64,000 bases of DNA from Negativicutes bacterium. Lineage in GTDB: Bacteria; Bacillota; Negativicutes; UBA1444. Under the pieces are notes generated by a model that was not told the origin of the DNA, ran no database searches, and worked only from the letters and a program-made list of their open reading frames with translations. The stretch lies in assembly GCA_963665275.2 (NCBI GenBank), contig CAXXIN010000005.1, forward strand, positions 1-64,000, given 5' to 3'. Positions 50,287 through 59,362 of the stretch are shown piece by piece. How positions within the stretch are numbered: position 1 is the first letter of the stretch; each line of letters begins with the position of its first letter. The translations under genes were made by a program, and so were the position numbers.

Positions 50287-52212
50287 ATGAATTTACTAAC
50301 TGTGGAAAATTTGACTAAAAGTTATGGCGAAAGAGTTCTGTTCGAGCAGGTGACGCTGAGTATCAACTCAGGAGAAAAGATCGGGCTGATCGGCGTCAAT
50401 GGAACAGGTAAATCTACTTTTTTGCGTGTGTTGACCGGCGGCGAGCCTGCCGATTCCGGCAAGATCATGATCGCAAGCGGCGTGCGGATTGAATATCTGT
50501 CGCAGAATCCTGAGTTTGACGACGCTGCCACCGTGTTGGAGCAGGTTTTCAAGGGGAATTCACCGGCTATGCAGACGATACGGGATTACGAAGAGACGCT
50601 GGAGGCGGTCCAGCGGGAACCGGAAAATGCGGTTTGGCAACGAAAATTGATTAACCTGACTCAGCGCATGGATGAGACTGATGCCTGGAGACTCGAAAAC
50701 GAGGCCAAAACGATCCTGACCAAGCTCGGAATCCTTGATTTTGCAGCGAAGGTCAATCTCTTGTCGGGTGGACAGCGCAAGAGGATAGCGCTGGCGTCGG
50801 CCTTGATCAATCCTGCTGATTTGCTAATCCTGGACGAGCCGACCAACCATATCGACAACGAGATGGTCGCTTGGCTGGAAGAATACTTGCAGGCTTATAC
50901 CGGTTCACTTCTGATGATCACCCATGACCGTTATTTTCTGGACCGGGTTTCGAATCGCATTCTTGAAATCGACAAAGGGAAACTGTATCCCTATACCGGA
51001 AATTACGGCGATTTTCTCGTCAGCAAGGCAGAGCGTGAAGAACGTCAGGAGGGGAGCGAAAGGAAACGCCACAACCTTCTGCGTAATGAACTGGCCTGGA
51101 TACGCAGGGGCGCCCAGGCGCGGTCAACCAAACAAAAAGCTCGGATCGAGCGATTCGAGGAATTGAGCGCACAAAAAACAGACCTGCCGACAGGCAAACT
51201 GGAGATGGAGGTGGGTGCAAGCCGTCTGGGACGCAAGATCATCGAACTGACAGGAGTATCACACGGTTATGGCGGACCCGAATTGATCAGGGACTTCAGC
51301 TACAATGTGTTGCGTACTGATCGTATCGGCATCATCGGTCCGAATGGCAGCGGCAAATCCACCCTCCTCAACATCGTCGCCGGGCGTCTGGTTCCTGAAA
51401 AAGGCTCGATAGAGATCGGTCAGACCGTGAAGTTGGGTTTTTTCTCACAGGAAAGCACTGAAATGGACGAAAAACTGCGTGTGATTGAATACATTCGGGA
51501 AGAAGCCAACTTCATCACCACGCTGGATGGGGAGACTGTCAGCGCCTCGCAGATGCTGGAACGGTTTCTGTTCCCCCCGAACGCCCAGTGGATGCCGATC
51601 GCCAAACTATCCGGCGGTGAGCGGCGACGGCTGTTCCTGCTGCGAATCCTGATGGGAGCGCCGAATGTGCTGTTGCTTGATGAGCCGACCAATGACCTGG
51701 ATGTGCAGACCCTCACCATTCTCGAAGATTATCTGGACGACTTTCCCGGAGCGGTGGTTGTTGTGTCCCATGATCGCTATTTTTTGGATCGGGTCGTGGA
51801 AAAAGTTTTTGCTTTTGAAGGAGACGGCGTGGTCACGCAGTACTCCGGCGGATTTAGCGACTATCAGGGAAAGCGGGTGGCGCCGGAACCGGCTCCCAGG
51901 GTGAAGGATAAAACCGGTGACGCGAAAAAAACGCTGCCGCCTGAGGCCGTCCGCTCGACTCGCAAATTCACATTCAAAGAGCAGCGTGAGTACGAAGAGA
52001 TTGATGCGGTGATCGCCGGAGTAGAGACTCAGTTGCAGGAGGTCGCCGGACGAATCAATAGCGCAGGAACGGATTTTGAACTGTTGCAGAAGCTGACAGT
52101 CGCCCAAAATGAATTGGAACAGCAGTTGGACGAACTGATGGAGCGTTGGACCTATTTGAATGAGTTGGCGGAAGAAATCCAAAAAGGCAGGGAAACAACC
52201 CGCTTGGATTGA
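50287..52212 (+). CDS. ABC-F ATPase (Uup/YfmR-like)
   Basis: Two ABC cassettes (GVNGTGKST, GPNGSGKST), ARSTKQKAR linker, C-terminal coiled coil, no TM. Confidence 0.92.
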   Translation: MNLLTVENLTKSYGERVLFEQVTLSINSGEKIGLIGVNGTGKSTFLRVLTGGEPADSGKIMIASGVRIEYLSQNPEFDDAATVLEQVFKGNSPAMQTIRDYEETLEAVQREPENAVWQRKLINLTQRMDETDAWRLENEAKTILTKLGILDFAAKVNLLSGGQRKRIALASALINPADLLILDEPTNHIDNEMVAWLEEYLQAYTGSLLMITHDRYFLDRVSNRILEIDKGKLYPYTGNYGDFLVSKAEREERQEGSERKRHNLLRNELAWIRRGAQARSTKQKARIERFEELSAQKTDLPTGKLEMEVGASRLGRKIIELTGVSHGYGGPELIRDFSYNVLRTDRIGIIGPNGSGKSTLLNIVAGRLVPEKGSIEIGQTVKLGFFSQESTEMDEKLRVIEYIREEANFITTLDGETVSASQMLERFLFPPNAQWMPIAKLSGGERRRLFLLRILMGAPNVLLLDEPTNDLDVQTLTILEDYLDDFPGAVVVVSHDRYFLDRVVEKVFAFEGDGVVTQYSGGFSDYQGKRVAPEPAPRVKDKTGDAKKTLPPEAVRSTRKFTFKEQREYEEIDAVIAGVETQLQEVAGRINSAGTDFELLQKLTVAQNELEQQLDELMERWTYLNELAEEIQKGRETTRLD

Positions 52213-52247
52213 ATTTTTATAAACATACGAAATAGTGGGGGTAATTC

Positions 52248-52742
52248 ATGATGAGATGGGGATGGTTGGTCATGAGGAGCGCGAGAATTGGACTTTTGCT
52301 GCTCCTTGGACTTTTTGTGTGGATCGGTGGAGGGAACACGGTTTTGCAGGCAGCTCAGGCGAATCCCTATGCGGTAGCGGGAATCGAGAATGCCGCGGAA
52401 TTCGAAAAGGTTTTTGCAGCTCTGCAGAAGGTTGTGTCAGTCAATGACCGAAGCAAAGTGGCGGATCTGGTTCTCTATCCGCTGCGTGTCAACGGCTGGA
52501 CCGATGACGCCAAAGGCAAAGGCTCCGTACAGTTCGAAACGAAGGCGGAGCTGCTCGATAACTATGATGAAATTTTTACACTGCAAGTCCGGGAGGCTAT
52601 CGCCGGGCAAAAAGTTGCGGAGTTGTTCGTGAACTGGCAAGGCGTCATGGTTGGTAAAGGCGAGGTCTGGTTATCGGCGTCGGATAAAAAACCAGGCCGT
52701 TATGGCATTTCCGCAGTTAATTTAGTCAATCTGCCCCAGTGA
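52248..52742 (+). CDS. Secreted hypothetical protein
   Basis: Signal peptide; YPLRVN, NYDEIFT, LFVNWQGVMVG.GEVW. Confidence 0.7.
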   Translation: MMRWGWLVMRSARIGLLLLLGLFVWIGGGNTVLQAAQANPYAVAGIENAAEFEKVFAALQKVVSVNDRSKVADLVLYPLRVNGWTDDAKGKGSVQFETKAELLDNYDEIFTLQVREAIAGQKVAELFVNWQGVMVGKGEVWLSASDKKPGRYGISAVNLVNLPQ

Positions 52743-52781
52743 ATTACAAATCCGAGGCGGAAAGAAGGGTGAAAAACTAGA

Positions 52782-53876
52782 GTGAAGATCGGCGCCCGCA
52801 TACTCAAAACCGGCATTGCCGTGACGATAACCATGTATCTGTGTAAGCTGTTGAACCTGGAGCCGGCCTTCTTCGGCGCCGTCGCCACGGTAGTCAACAT
52901 GCAGCCGACGATTTTTTTGACGGTCAAGTCCGCGAAAGACCAGATCCTGGTGCACCTCATCGGTGTTTCCGCTGGCTTGGCGTTTGGCTATCTGATTGGT
53001 GGAAGCCCCTTGATTATGGGGGTTGTGAGCATTCTGCTCATTGTGGTATACATCCGGTTGGGCCTGAATGCCGGTATCTCCATGGGAATCGTGGCAGCCC
53101 TTTTCGTGATGGGGTCGAGTCAGGAGCTGTTCCTGCCGCATGCACTGAATCGGACCGGCGTGATCTTTACGGGTCTGATCACAGCGATGGTCGTGAATGT
53201 GTTTTTGTGGCCGCCGCGTTATAGCCGGCAATTGAAAATCAGGCTGAGAGAAAGCAATGAAGCGACTGTGGCCTATTTTTGCCGAGCGGTGGATGAGTAT
53301 ATAACAATGGAAAATGAAACACCTGAGATCGATTCCGCAGAGAAGCAACGGGTGCAACGACTCATTGCCGAGGTGCGTTCGCTATCGGGACGGCTGGCCA
53401 GCGAAGGGGAACTGCTGGGATCAGGTACGGCGGAGCAAAACCGCTGGCGGATTCTGGCGGAGAAATTTATCGACTACAACTCGACGCTCGCGGAAAAAGC
53501 AGACCGCATTTATGCGATCTTGCCGGTGCGGCTTGACCGCCGGCATCAGGCCGGGGATCCGCCGATCAGCGAGGAGTTCCGGGAAATCCTGATGATCCTG
53601 GGTCAAGGGTGCCACAGCATCAGGCGCATCAACGGGAAACTGCGTTCTGTCATCATCGATGGTGAAGATGCGGAAACGGAGGTAATCAGTGAAGCCTATT
53701 GGGAAAAGCTAACGGTGGCTATTGAACAATGGCAGCCTAAACTTACGAGCAGCTATTATGTGCACGCTCTCATCGAGGCGGCCGTTACGGCCGATGAAAT
53801 TCGGTGGGCCGCTCGTCAGGGGAAGCTGATCTTGCAGGAAAGCGCAATCGAAGGAAGTGAAGAAGACGACTCCTGA
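52782..53876 (+). CDS. Aromatic acid exporter family protein (ArAE_1/YgaE-like)
   Basis: KIGARILKTGIAV, MQPT, VNVFLWPPRY. Confidence 0.85.
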   Translation: MKIGARILKTGIAVTITMYLCKLLNLEPAFFGAVATVVNMQPTIFLTVKSAKDQILVHLIGVSAGLAFGYLIGGSPLIMGVVSILLIVVYIRLGLNAGISMGIVAALFVMGSSQELFLPHALNRTGVIFTGLITAMVVNVFLWPPRYSRQLKIRLRESNEATVAYFCRAVDEYITMENETPEIDSAEKQRVQRLIAEVRSLSGRLASEGELLGSGTAEQNRWRILAEKFIDYNSTLAEKADRIYAILPVRLDRRHQAGDPPISEEFREILMILGQGCHSIRRINGKLRSVIIDGEDAETEVISEAYWEKLTVAIEQWQPKLTSSYYVHALIEAAVTADEIRWAARQGKLILQESAIEGSEEDDS

Positions 53877-53957
53877 ATTTTGTGGGCAGCAGGAGCCGGG
53901 AAATTTTCGTCGAAGCAAAAGGTAATGAATTGCAAGCATACGAAAGGGGGTCCTGTT

Positions 53958-54389
53958 GTGCTGAAAGAGTTCAAGGAATTCATCATGCGTGGAAATGTGC
54001 TGGATTTGGCTGTTGGTATCATTATCGGCGGCGCTTTCGGGAAAATCGTTTCATCCTTTGTGACCGATATTTTGATGCCGCCATTGGGGCTGATTATGGG
54101 AAAAGTGAATTTTTCCGATCTGTTCATCAATCTGTCTTCCACCGCCTATCCGACGGTGGCTGCAGCTAAAGCCGCTGGTGCGCCGACGATCAACTACGGC
54201 CTGTTCATTAACACGATTATCGACTTTGTCATAGTCGCATTTGCGATCTATCTGATGATCACACAGGTGAATCGCTTACAGAAAAAACCGGAGGCTGCGC
54301 CGCCGGCGACCAAGGAATGTCCGTTCTGCATTTCGACGGTTCCAATCAAGGCGGTACGTTGCCCTCACTGCACTTCCAACTTGGAATAA
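53958..54389 (+). CDS. mscL: Large-conductance mechanosensitive channel with C-terminal zinc ribbon
   Basis: [28 protein letters not shown]; CPFC...RCPHC tail. Confidence 0.95.
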   Translation: MLKEFKEFIMRGNVLDLAVGIIIGGAFGKIVSSFVTDILMPPLGLIMGKVNFSDLFINLSSTAYPTVAAAKAAGAPTINYGLFINTIIDFVIVAFAIYLMITQVNRLQKKPEAAPPATKECPFCISTVPIKAVRCPHCTSNLE

Positions 54390-54402
54390 GCGCAATTGAA
54401 CG

Positions 54403-54449
54403 GATATGAGCAAAGGCCCTCCAGAATCTGGAGGGCCTTTGCTCATATC
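54403..54449. terminator. 23-bp perfect inverted repeat between convergent mscL and osmC-family genes
   Basis: gatatgagcaaaggccctccaga a tctggagggcctttgctcatatc. Confidence 0.7.
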
Positions 54450-54858
54450 AGGCGCTGTACGTGAATGTCACAGTCTTCTTGAGGTCGGGGTGGAGGCTGT
54501 TGTAAACAGGGCACTCTTTGGCAGCCAGTTCTAAAATCTTCTTTTGTTTGATGCTGTAATCGTTGGGAGGGAAGGTGAAGTTGGTAATCAGTTCGACAAT
54601 TCGGCGAGGCTCGGTTCCCATGACTTTCGTTGTTTCAACTTTGGTTCCCTCGATGCTGAATCCGTGGGTTTTCGCAGCGATTCCCATGATGGTGAATACG
54701 CAGGCGCCGTAAGCCGTGGCTAGGAGATCGGTAGGGGAAAAGGATTCTCCTTTTCCCTGGTTGTCGGTCGGCGCATCCGTGACAAGTCGGGTGCCGGATT
54801 GGAGGTGAATGGATTCGGTGCGCAGATCACCCAGGTAAGTTGTTTGTATTGTAGCCAA
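54448..54858 (-). CDS. OsmC family protein
   Basis: TDAP.DN.GKGE.FSPTDL....GAC, CPV.NSL. Confidence 0.88.
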   Translation of the reverse strand: MATIQTTYLGDLRTESIHLQSGTRLVTDAPTDNQGKGESFSPTDLLATAYGACVFTIMGIAAKTHGFSIEGTKVETTKVMGTEPRRIVELITNFTFPPNDYSIKQKKILELAAKECPVYNSLHPDLKKTVTFTYSA

Positions 54859-54986
54859 AATAAGGACACTCCTTTGTTTTTGATAATTGATATTTCAACA
54901 GAGTCTGGTTATCTTCCTGCAGTATGTCTGACGGACAGGAAAAAAACTGGACATAACGGATCCGTGGTGGAAATTGTAGTGGTGTC

Positions 54987-55016
54987 TTGACGATACAAAT
55001 GGTCCGCTGGTATAAT
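54987..55016 (+). promoter_or_regulatory. SigA promoter of the riboswitch leader
   Basis: TTGACG-N18-TATAAT with extended TG. Confidence 0.65.
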
Positions 55017-55039
55017 AGCCGCAATCGAATACTTTGATA

Positions 55040-55207
55040 TCGGGTTGAGGTGCCCCAACTATATGGGGAGAATAGGGAAGTCTGAGCATGCACAAACGCA
55101 TGCGTAGGCGCGGGCCCGCCACTGTACCGGGGAGATCTTGCAATGCCACTCGCAAGGGGAAGGCGCAAGCAGTTGAGGAACCGGGAGCCAGGAGACCTGC
55201 CGCAACC
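55040..55207 (+). ncRNA. Cobalamin riboswitch
   Basis: AGGTGC hairpin, AATAGGGAA, CCCGCCACTGT, GCCAC...GGGAAGGC, AGCCAGGAGACCTGCC (B12 box). Confidence 0.92.
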
Positions 55208-55227
55208 AGGGTGAATCCTTCGTGGAA

Positions 55228-55277
55228 AAGAAGGCTTTTTTTGGATTGTTGTCCCAAAGAAGCCTTCTTATTTTTTT
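55228..55277 (+). terminator. Riboswitch expression-platform terminator
   Basis: aagaaggctt ... aagccttctt followed by attttttt. Confidence 0.75.
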
Positions 55278-55318
55278 CGCTAAAATGAAAATTTTAACAG
55301 GAAATGGTGGAGGTTGCC

Positions 55319-56362
55319 GTGAAATTATTGGCGGATACATTAGAGAAAATCAAGGCGACTGACGGTCACGCCCAACAACACGTTCGGCAGGAGTTGGAGC
55401 GGCTGATGCCGCAGAATCGTACTTTCGGGCGGCTCGGGGATATGGTTGGACAATATGCTGGAATCATTGGGGAAAAACGGCCGCGAGACCCACGGCCCTG
55501 CATGGTCGTGACCTGTGCTGATCACGGCGTGGCCCGGAATGGGGTCAGCGCCTACCCGGTAGACACCACGCGGCAGATGGCACTGAACTACGTTGTATCC
55601 AAAGGCGCCAGCGCAAATGCTTTCGCGAACTATTCCGGCTCGGATATGGTGGTGGCGGATGTGGGGGTGGCTGGAGATCTGACGCAGGCAAAGGGGCTGT
55701 GGCATAAAAAAATCGCCTACGGAACGCAGGACTTCACGCGGGGGCCTGCGATGACCCGCGAACAGGCGGTACAGGCGATTGAGACGGGAATCGAGATTGC
55801 CGACGAACGGGCCCGTTGTGGATACAACTGTTTCAGTCTGGGCGAGATGGGCATCGGCAACACTACGGCAAGTGCCCTCATTGTAGCCGTATTTACCGGC
55901 TTGTCGCCGGAGGAGGTAACCGGCCGGGGTACCGGGATATCCGATGCAAAATTAAAGGTCAAGACTGAGCTGGTGCGCAGAGCGTTGGCACTTAACCAAC
56001 CCCGGCGGGAAGACGGCATCGACGTGTTGGCGAAAGTCGGCGGCTTTGAAATCGGTGCCCTGGCCGGCGTGGCTCTGGGCGCTGCCGCCAACCGATGTGC
56101 GGTTATCGTGGATGGGCTCAATACTACGGCCGCGGCGATGATCTCCGATGCGCTCCACCCCATGAACCGCCGATATATGTTCGCCTCGCATCTGTCCGGT
56201 GAGCCGGCTCACGTTAAAGCTCTCGGATATCTGGATCTCTCTCCGTGCCTCGATATGGGGGTGCGCCTCGGAGAAGCCATCGGCGCATCCGTGGTAGTCG
56301 AGATGTTGAAAATGTCTGTGAAGACTTATAATGCAATGACGTCAAAGGAGGGCAACGAATGA
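55319..56362 (+). CDS. arsA: CobT-family phosphoribosyltransferase, ArsA subunit
   Basis: ADHGVA, VSAYP, GASANAFAN, GEMGIGNTT, GRGTG, FASHLSGEPAH, RLGE; resembles Sporomusa ArsA as I recall it. Confidence 0.85.
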   Translation: MKLLADTLEKIKATDGHAQQHVRQELERLMPQNRTFGRLGDMVGQYAGIIGEKRPRDPRPCMVVTCADHGVARNGVSAYPVDTTRQMALNYVVSKGASANAFANYSGSDMVVADVGVAGDLTQAKGLWHKKIAYGTQDFTRGPAMTREQAVQAIETGIEIADERARCGYNCFSLGEMGIGNTTASALIVAVFTGLSPEEVTGRGTGISDAKLKVKTELVRRALALNQPRREDGIDVLAKVGGFEIGALAGVALGAAANRCAVIVDGLNTTAAAMISDALHPMNRRYMFASHLSGEPAHVKALGYLDLSPCLDMGVRLGEAIGASVVVEMLKMSVKTYNAMTSKEGNE

Positions 56363-57207
56363 TTGAACAGGTGATCCTGGCGATCCGACCTTTGGATCAA
56401 GTCGCCATGGATAATTGCCAGCTAAGGCTCGATAATCTTACAAAACCGCTGGGCAGTCTCCATTCTTTCGAGCATTTGGCCCGAAAGATGGCAGGCATCA
56501 CCAGGAATGCCCGTCCCCCCCAGTTGCCCTCCGGCATCGTAATCATGAACGGCAGTCTCCGTACGCCGGGACTGTGCGATATATTCGCGGCAAATGTTTC
56601 GGCCCGCATTATCTCGTTTGACGTGCATGGCGAAGAGGCACGGACCAGGGAACAGGCGGCGCAGCTTTTGAAAAAAGGCATGGAAATAGCCGGCGCAGCC
56701 ACCGCCTCGGGAATCCGGGTGATTGGCATCGGCATGGTTGGAACGATTTCTCCTGCCGTCACCTCTGCGCTTCGGGCCTGGCATGCGGCAGGCGGCACGG
56801 ATCCCGTTGCGTCGGTGGCTGCAACCGGTTGCCCCGAACTCGTTGGCCTGACAGGAGTAATGTTGGGAGCGGCAGCAGGGGGAGCGGCGGTGGTGCTCGA
56901 TGGAGTGGAAACGTGCCTGACGGCCCTGGTTGCTGTAAGCATGGCGCCCAGGGTTAGGGATTATCTGGTCGGGTCGCATTTCGGCAGGGGCTCGTTGCAC
57001 GCAGAGCTTTTGCAGTTGCTGGAGGTGCCTGCGTACCTTTCTCTCGACATGAATCTCGGCGAAGGGGTCGGAGCAGCGCTGGGAATTTCATTGATACAGG
57101 CAGCGTTGCATGTTCTGAATGATATGAAGACCTTCGGTGAAGCCGAGGTACATGTGGCAGAGGATGGCCCGGGCGCTCTGGTTCAGAATGCCAAAGTCAG
57201 GGACTAA
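56359..57207 (+). CDS. arsB: CobT-family ArsB subunit, internally shortened (282 aa)
   Basis: DNLTKPLGSLHSFEH, MNLGEG, LNDMKTFGEAEV.VAEDGPGAL.Q..VRD tail; ATGA overlap with arsA. Confidence 0.8.
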   Translation: MIEQVILAIRPLDQVAMDNCQLRLDNLTKPLGSLHSFEHLARKMAGITRNARPPQLPSGIVIMNGSLRTPGLCDIFAANVSARIISFDVHGEEARTREQAAQLLKKGMEIAGAATASGIRVIGIGMVGTISPAVTSALRAWHAAGGTDPVASVAATGCPELVGLTGVMLGAAAGGAAVVLDGVETCLTALVAVSMAPRVRDYLVGSHFGRGSLHAELLQLLEVPAYLSLDMNLGEGVGAALGISLIQAALHVLNDMKTFGEAEVHVAEDGPGALVQNAKVRD

Positions 57208-57294
57208 CAAAGGATTTTTTGGCAGACGAGGATATCCAGCCACTGGCCAAACTTCCTGCCTATTTCTTTATAATGGGCGCATCGTTCGTCTCAT
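57204..57294 (-). pseudogene. Internally deleted GNAT (Pat/YncA-like) acetyltransferase relic
   Basis: AGGAGG RBS (57303-57308) and ATG 57294 fused out of frame to ERCAHYKEIGRKFGQWLDILVCQKILC*. Confidence 0.6.
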
Positions 57295-57397
57295 CTTGCT
57301 AACCTCCTGAATTATTTTTAAAAAAGACGAGGAAACAGGGAACTGTGTGACGAATCCCGTAAGTAGACTTTGGTGAGACTGAAAGGATATTTAGGGG

Positions 57398-58348
57398 ATG
57401 AAAAACGATTTGAAACGATTGCTGATGGCGCAAAGAGCGCGGGCTGCATATGCCGAAAATATTGAAAAAAACCGCACTGAGACTGAATGGGCCAACGGAA
57501 CGGTGCAGGAACGTGCTGTTGAAACCTCTGCCGGCAAAACGAGAATTCTCCTGTATTGGCCGAAACAGGAGCGGGGGCAGGGCCTGCCGGTGTTCGTGAA
57601 TATTCATGGCGGCGGCTTCATCCAGGGAAGCGCCGGGGATGATGAGGCGTGGTGCCGGCAGATCTCCGAGGCCGTAGGGTGTGCGGTGGTGAACATTGAT
57701 TACCATCTGGCGCCGGAGTACCCATTTCCAGTGGCGCTGGAAGAATGTTATGATGTTTTGAAATGGATACAGAGCGAGGGTGCTGTGCTGGGGCTCGATC
57801 CAAGTAGGATGGCGGTCGGCGGACACAGCGCCGGGGGGAATCTGACGGCTGCTTTATGTCTTTTGGCACGGGAACGGCAGGAGTTTTCCATCCTTTATCA
57901 AGTTCTGAACTATCCGCCGCTGGATTTCACCGTCGATCCGTTTTCAAAACCTTCCAGGGATACCTTGCTTACGGCCAGGGCCCAGGAGTTTTTCACTGCC
58001 TGCTACCTATTCGACCAGGAACAACGGGAGAATCCTCTGGCGTCGCCGTTATTGGCGGAGAGCTTGGCGGGGCTGCCGGCGGCCTTGGTGATTTCGGCGG
58101 AATATGATCCCCTGTGTGCAGAAAATGCTTTGTATGCTAGACGTCTGTCGGCCGCCGGTGTATCCGTGACCTATAAAATGTTCGCCGGATGCATGCATGC
58201 CTTCACTCACTTTGGGCCGGAACCTGCGGCTACCGAAGCATGGATGTTGATTCATGAGAAACTGCGACAGGTCTTTTCGCGGGATCGGAATGAAAAACAC
58301 GAGCCGAATGCTGCGCAAGAACAGAAGAAAGGGGCCGACAGCGAGTGA
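57398..58348 (+). CDS. Alpha/beta hydrolase (HSL family esterase)
   Basis: HGGGF, DYHLAPEYPFP, GHSAGG, EYDPL, HAF. Confidence 0.9.
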   Translation: MKNDLKRLLMAQRARAAYAENIEKNRTETEWANGTVQERAVETSAGKTRILLYWPKQERGQGLPVFVNIHGGGFIQGSAGDDEAWCRQISEAVGCAVVNIDYHLAPEYPFPVALEECYDVLKWIQSEGAVLGLDPSRMAVGGHSAGGNLTAALCLLARERQEFSILYQVLNYPPLDFTVDPFSKPSRDTLLTARAQEFFTACYLFDQEQRENPLASPLLAESLAGLPAALVISAEYDPLCAENALYARRLSAAGVSVTYKMFAGCMHAFTHFGPEPAATEAWMLIHEKLRQVFSRDRNEKHEPNAAQEQKKGADSE

Positions 58349-59352
58349 AAACCATGAAAATTACTGACATTGAAGGCGTACGGTTCGGGAATGCTCAGAA
58401 CTTGGCGGCGGCTACCGGCTGCACGGCGATCATCTGCCCGGCAGGTGCGACGGCAGGGGTTGATGTCAGAGGCGGTGCACCGGGAACCCGCGAAACGGAC
58501 CTGCTAAAACCGGAGAATCTGGTGGAAAAAATCCATGCCGTTATGCTGGCGGGTGGCAGTGCATTCGGATTGGACGCAGCCGGTGGCGTGATGCAATACC
58601 TTGAAGAAAACGGGATCGGCTTCGATGTCGGGGTGGCGAAAGTGCCGATTGTGGCCGGCGCCGTCCTATTTGACCTGCCTTGCGGCGATGCCCGGGTGAG
58701 GCCGGATCGGTCCATGGGTTATCAGGCTTGTGCGGCGGCAGCGACCGAAGAATTTTCTGTGGGGTCGGTTGGGGCTGGCACGGGAGCAACGGTTGGCAAA
58801 GTTTTCGGCATGGAGCATGCGATGAAGGGTGGGCTGGGAACACACTGTGTCAAGATCGGCAATCTCATAGTAGGGGCTGTGGTGGCAGTCAATTGCCTGG
58901 GCGATGTGGTTGATCCGGCCAATGGGCAGGTTCTGGCCGGCGCTTATGAGCTCGAGCCTTTTCGGTTCATGGACAGTGAAGCGGGACTGTTGCAGCAGTG
59001 TGAGGGTTCGGGCAGCCAGTTTGCAGGGAATACGACCATCGGGGTCGTCCTGACCAACGCCAAACTGACCAAAGCGCAAGCAACCAAAGTGGCGTCCATG
59101 ACCCACGACGGATATGCCCGTACGATGCGGCCCGCCCACACGATGCTTGACGGCGACACCATTTTTGCCTTATCGATCGGTGAAGTGCAGGCCGACATTT
59201 CTGCCGTTGGCGCGCTGGCGGCCCAGGTGATGGCGCAGGCGGTGCTTGGTGCAGTTAAGGAAGCATCTCCGTTGGCTGGGTTTAAGACAATGAGTGACTT
59301 GCAGGGAAAAGGAGAACATAAAAAATCAGAATCGCCTATCGGACGATCCTGA
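58345..59352 (+). CDS. P1/DmpA family peptidase
   Basis: DVRGGAPGTRETD, GGSAFGL, GAGTGA, GNTTIG, PAHTMLDGD. Confidence 0.9.
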   Translation: MKTMKITDIEGVRFGNAQNLAAATGCTAIICPAGATAGVDVRGGAPGTRETDLLKPENLVEKIHAVMLAGGSAFGLDAAGGVMQYLEENGIGFDVGVAKVPIVAGAVLFDLPCGDARVRPDRSMGYQACAAAATEEFSVGSVGAGTGATVGKVFGMEHAMKGGLGTHCVKIGNLIVGAVVAVNCLGDVVDPANGQVLAGAYELEPFRFMDSEAGLLQQCEGSGSQFAGNTTIGVVLTNAKLTKAQATKVASMTHDGYARTMRPAHTMLDGDTIFALSIGEVQADISAVGALAAQVMAQAVLGAVKEASPLAGFKTMSDLQGKGEHKKSESPIGRS

Positions 59353-59362
59353 TTTCAAAGAA

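Noticed and set aside
56359-57207. Second cobT as a decaying pseudogene
   Set aside because: All deletions are in frame, both termini are conserved and it is translationally coupled to arsA.
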